DNA of 64,000 nucleotides from Bacillota bacterium. GTDB lineage: Bacteria; Bacillota; Clostridia; Acetivibrionales; JAMNXU01. Position 1 is the stretch's first letter; every line of letters begins with the position of its first letter. Of the stretch, positions 63,980 through 64,000 are shown piece by piece. The position numbers and the translations under genes were made by a program. Below the pieces are notes generated by a model. The model had not been told where the DNA came from. It was given only the letters and a program-made list of their open reading frames with translations, and ran no database searches. The stretch covers positions 20,967-84,966 of the forward strand of contig JAMNXU010000010.1 of assembly GCA_023623175.1 (NCBI GenBank). The letters run 5' to 3'.

Positions 63980-64000
63980 TTTAATTCGCTTGCAATTGAA

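Overview
This looks like a chromosomal core region of an endospore-forming member of the Clostridia. It has moderate GC, GGAGG-type ribosome-binding sites and almost all genes on the + strand. Gene order: tgt (5' end off window)-yajC-membrane protein-SCIFF six-Cys peptide plus radical-SAM maturase-HD hydrolase-secDF. Next come two small divergent hypothetical genes, then dnaG-sigA. An apparent insertion follows, with an orphan solute-binding lipoprotein, a small helical protein, tRNA-Asn and a truncated tRNA. Then trmK-nif3-RNase P RNA, an ECF-S-like membrane protein and a class V aminotransferase. A sugar block follows: double-SIS enzyme, PfkB kinase, a second orphan binding-protein paralog, a rhomboid and two cytoplasmic glycosidases. 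After tRNA-Pro comes a 3D-domain wall hydrolase coupled to a gerA/B/C(+D-like) germinant receptor operon, then tRNA-Trp. The rest is proC-rnhA, spoIIM-xerD-deoB-pdp-DD-carboxypeptidase-lysA, an M50 protease, scpAB-ytfI/ytfJ-rluB-speB-methyltransferase, and a 12S/1.3S/5S transcarboxylase-type operon. It ends with an uncharacterised minus-strand gene, rpiR-flavoprotein-hypothetical-hutP-like-aroH::cmk-plsC-ispH::rpsA, cheR, an XRE regulator and tRNA-Leu. I saw no CRISPR array, transposase, phage integrase or prophage genes, and no convincing novel multi-gene system. The items most worth follow-up are: the unannotated SCIFF peptide gene; a tRNA gene cut inside its anticodon; a 212-aa unknown protein with an RNase HII/HIII-like N-terminal motif; a wall-hydrolase gene coupled to the ger operon; permease-less binding-protein paralogs; a candidate small RNA; and A-rich degenerate repeat arrays sharing an ATGAAC core. 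All homology statements come from reading the translations by eye; no database search was run.
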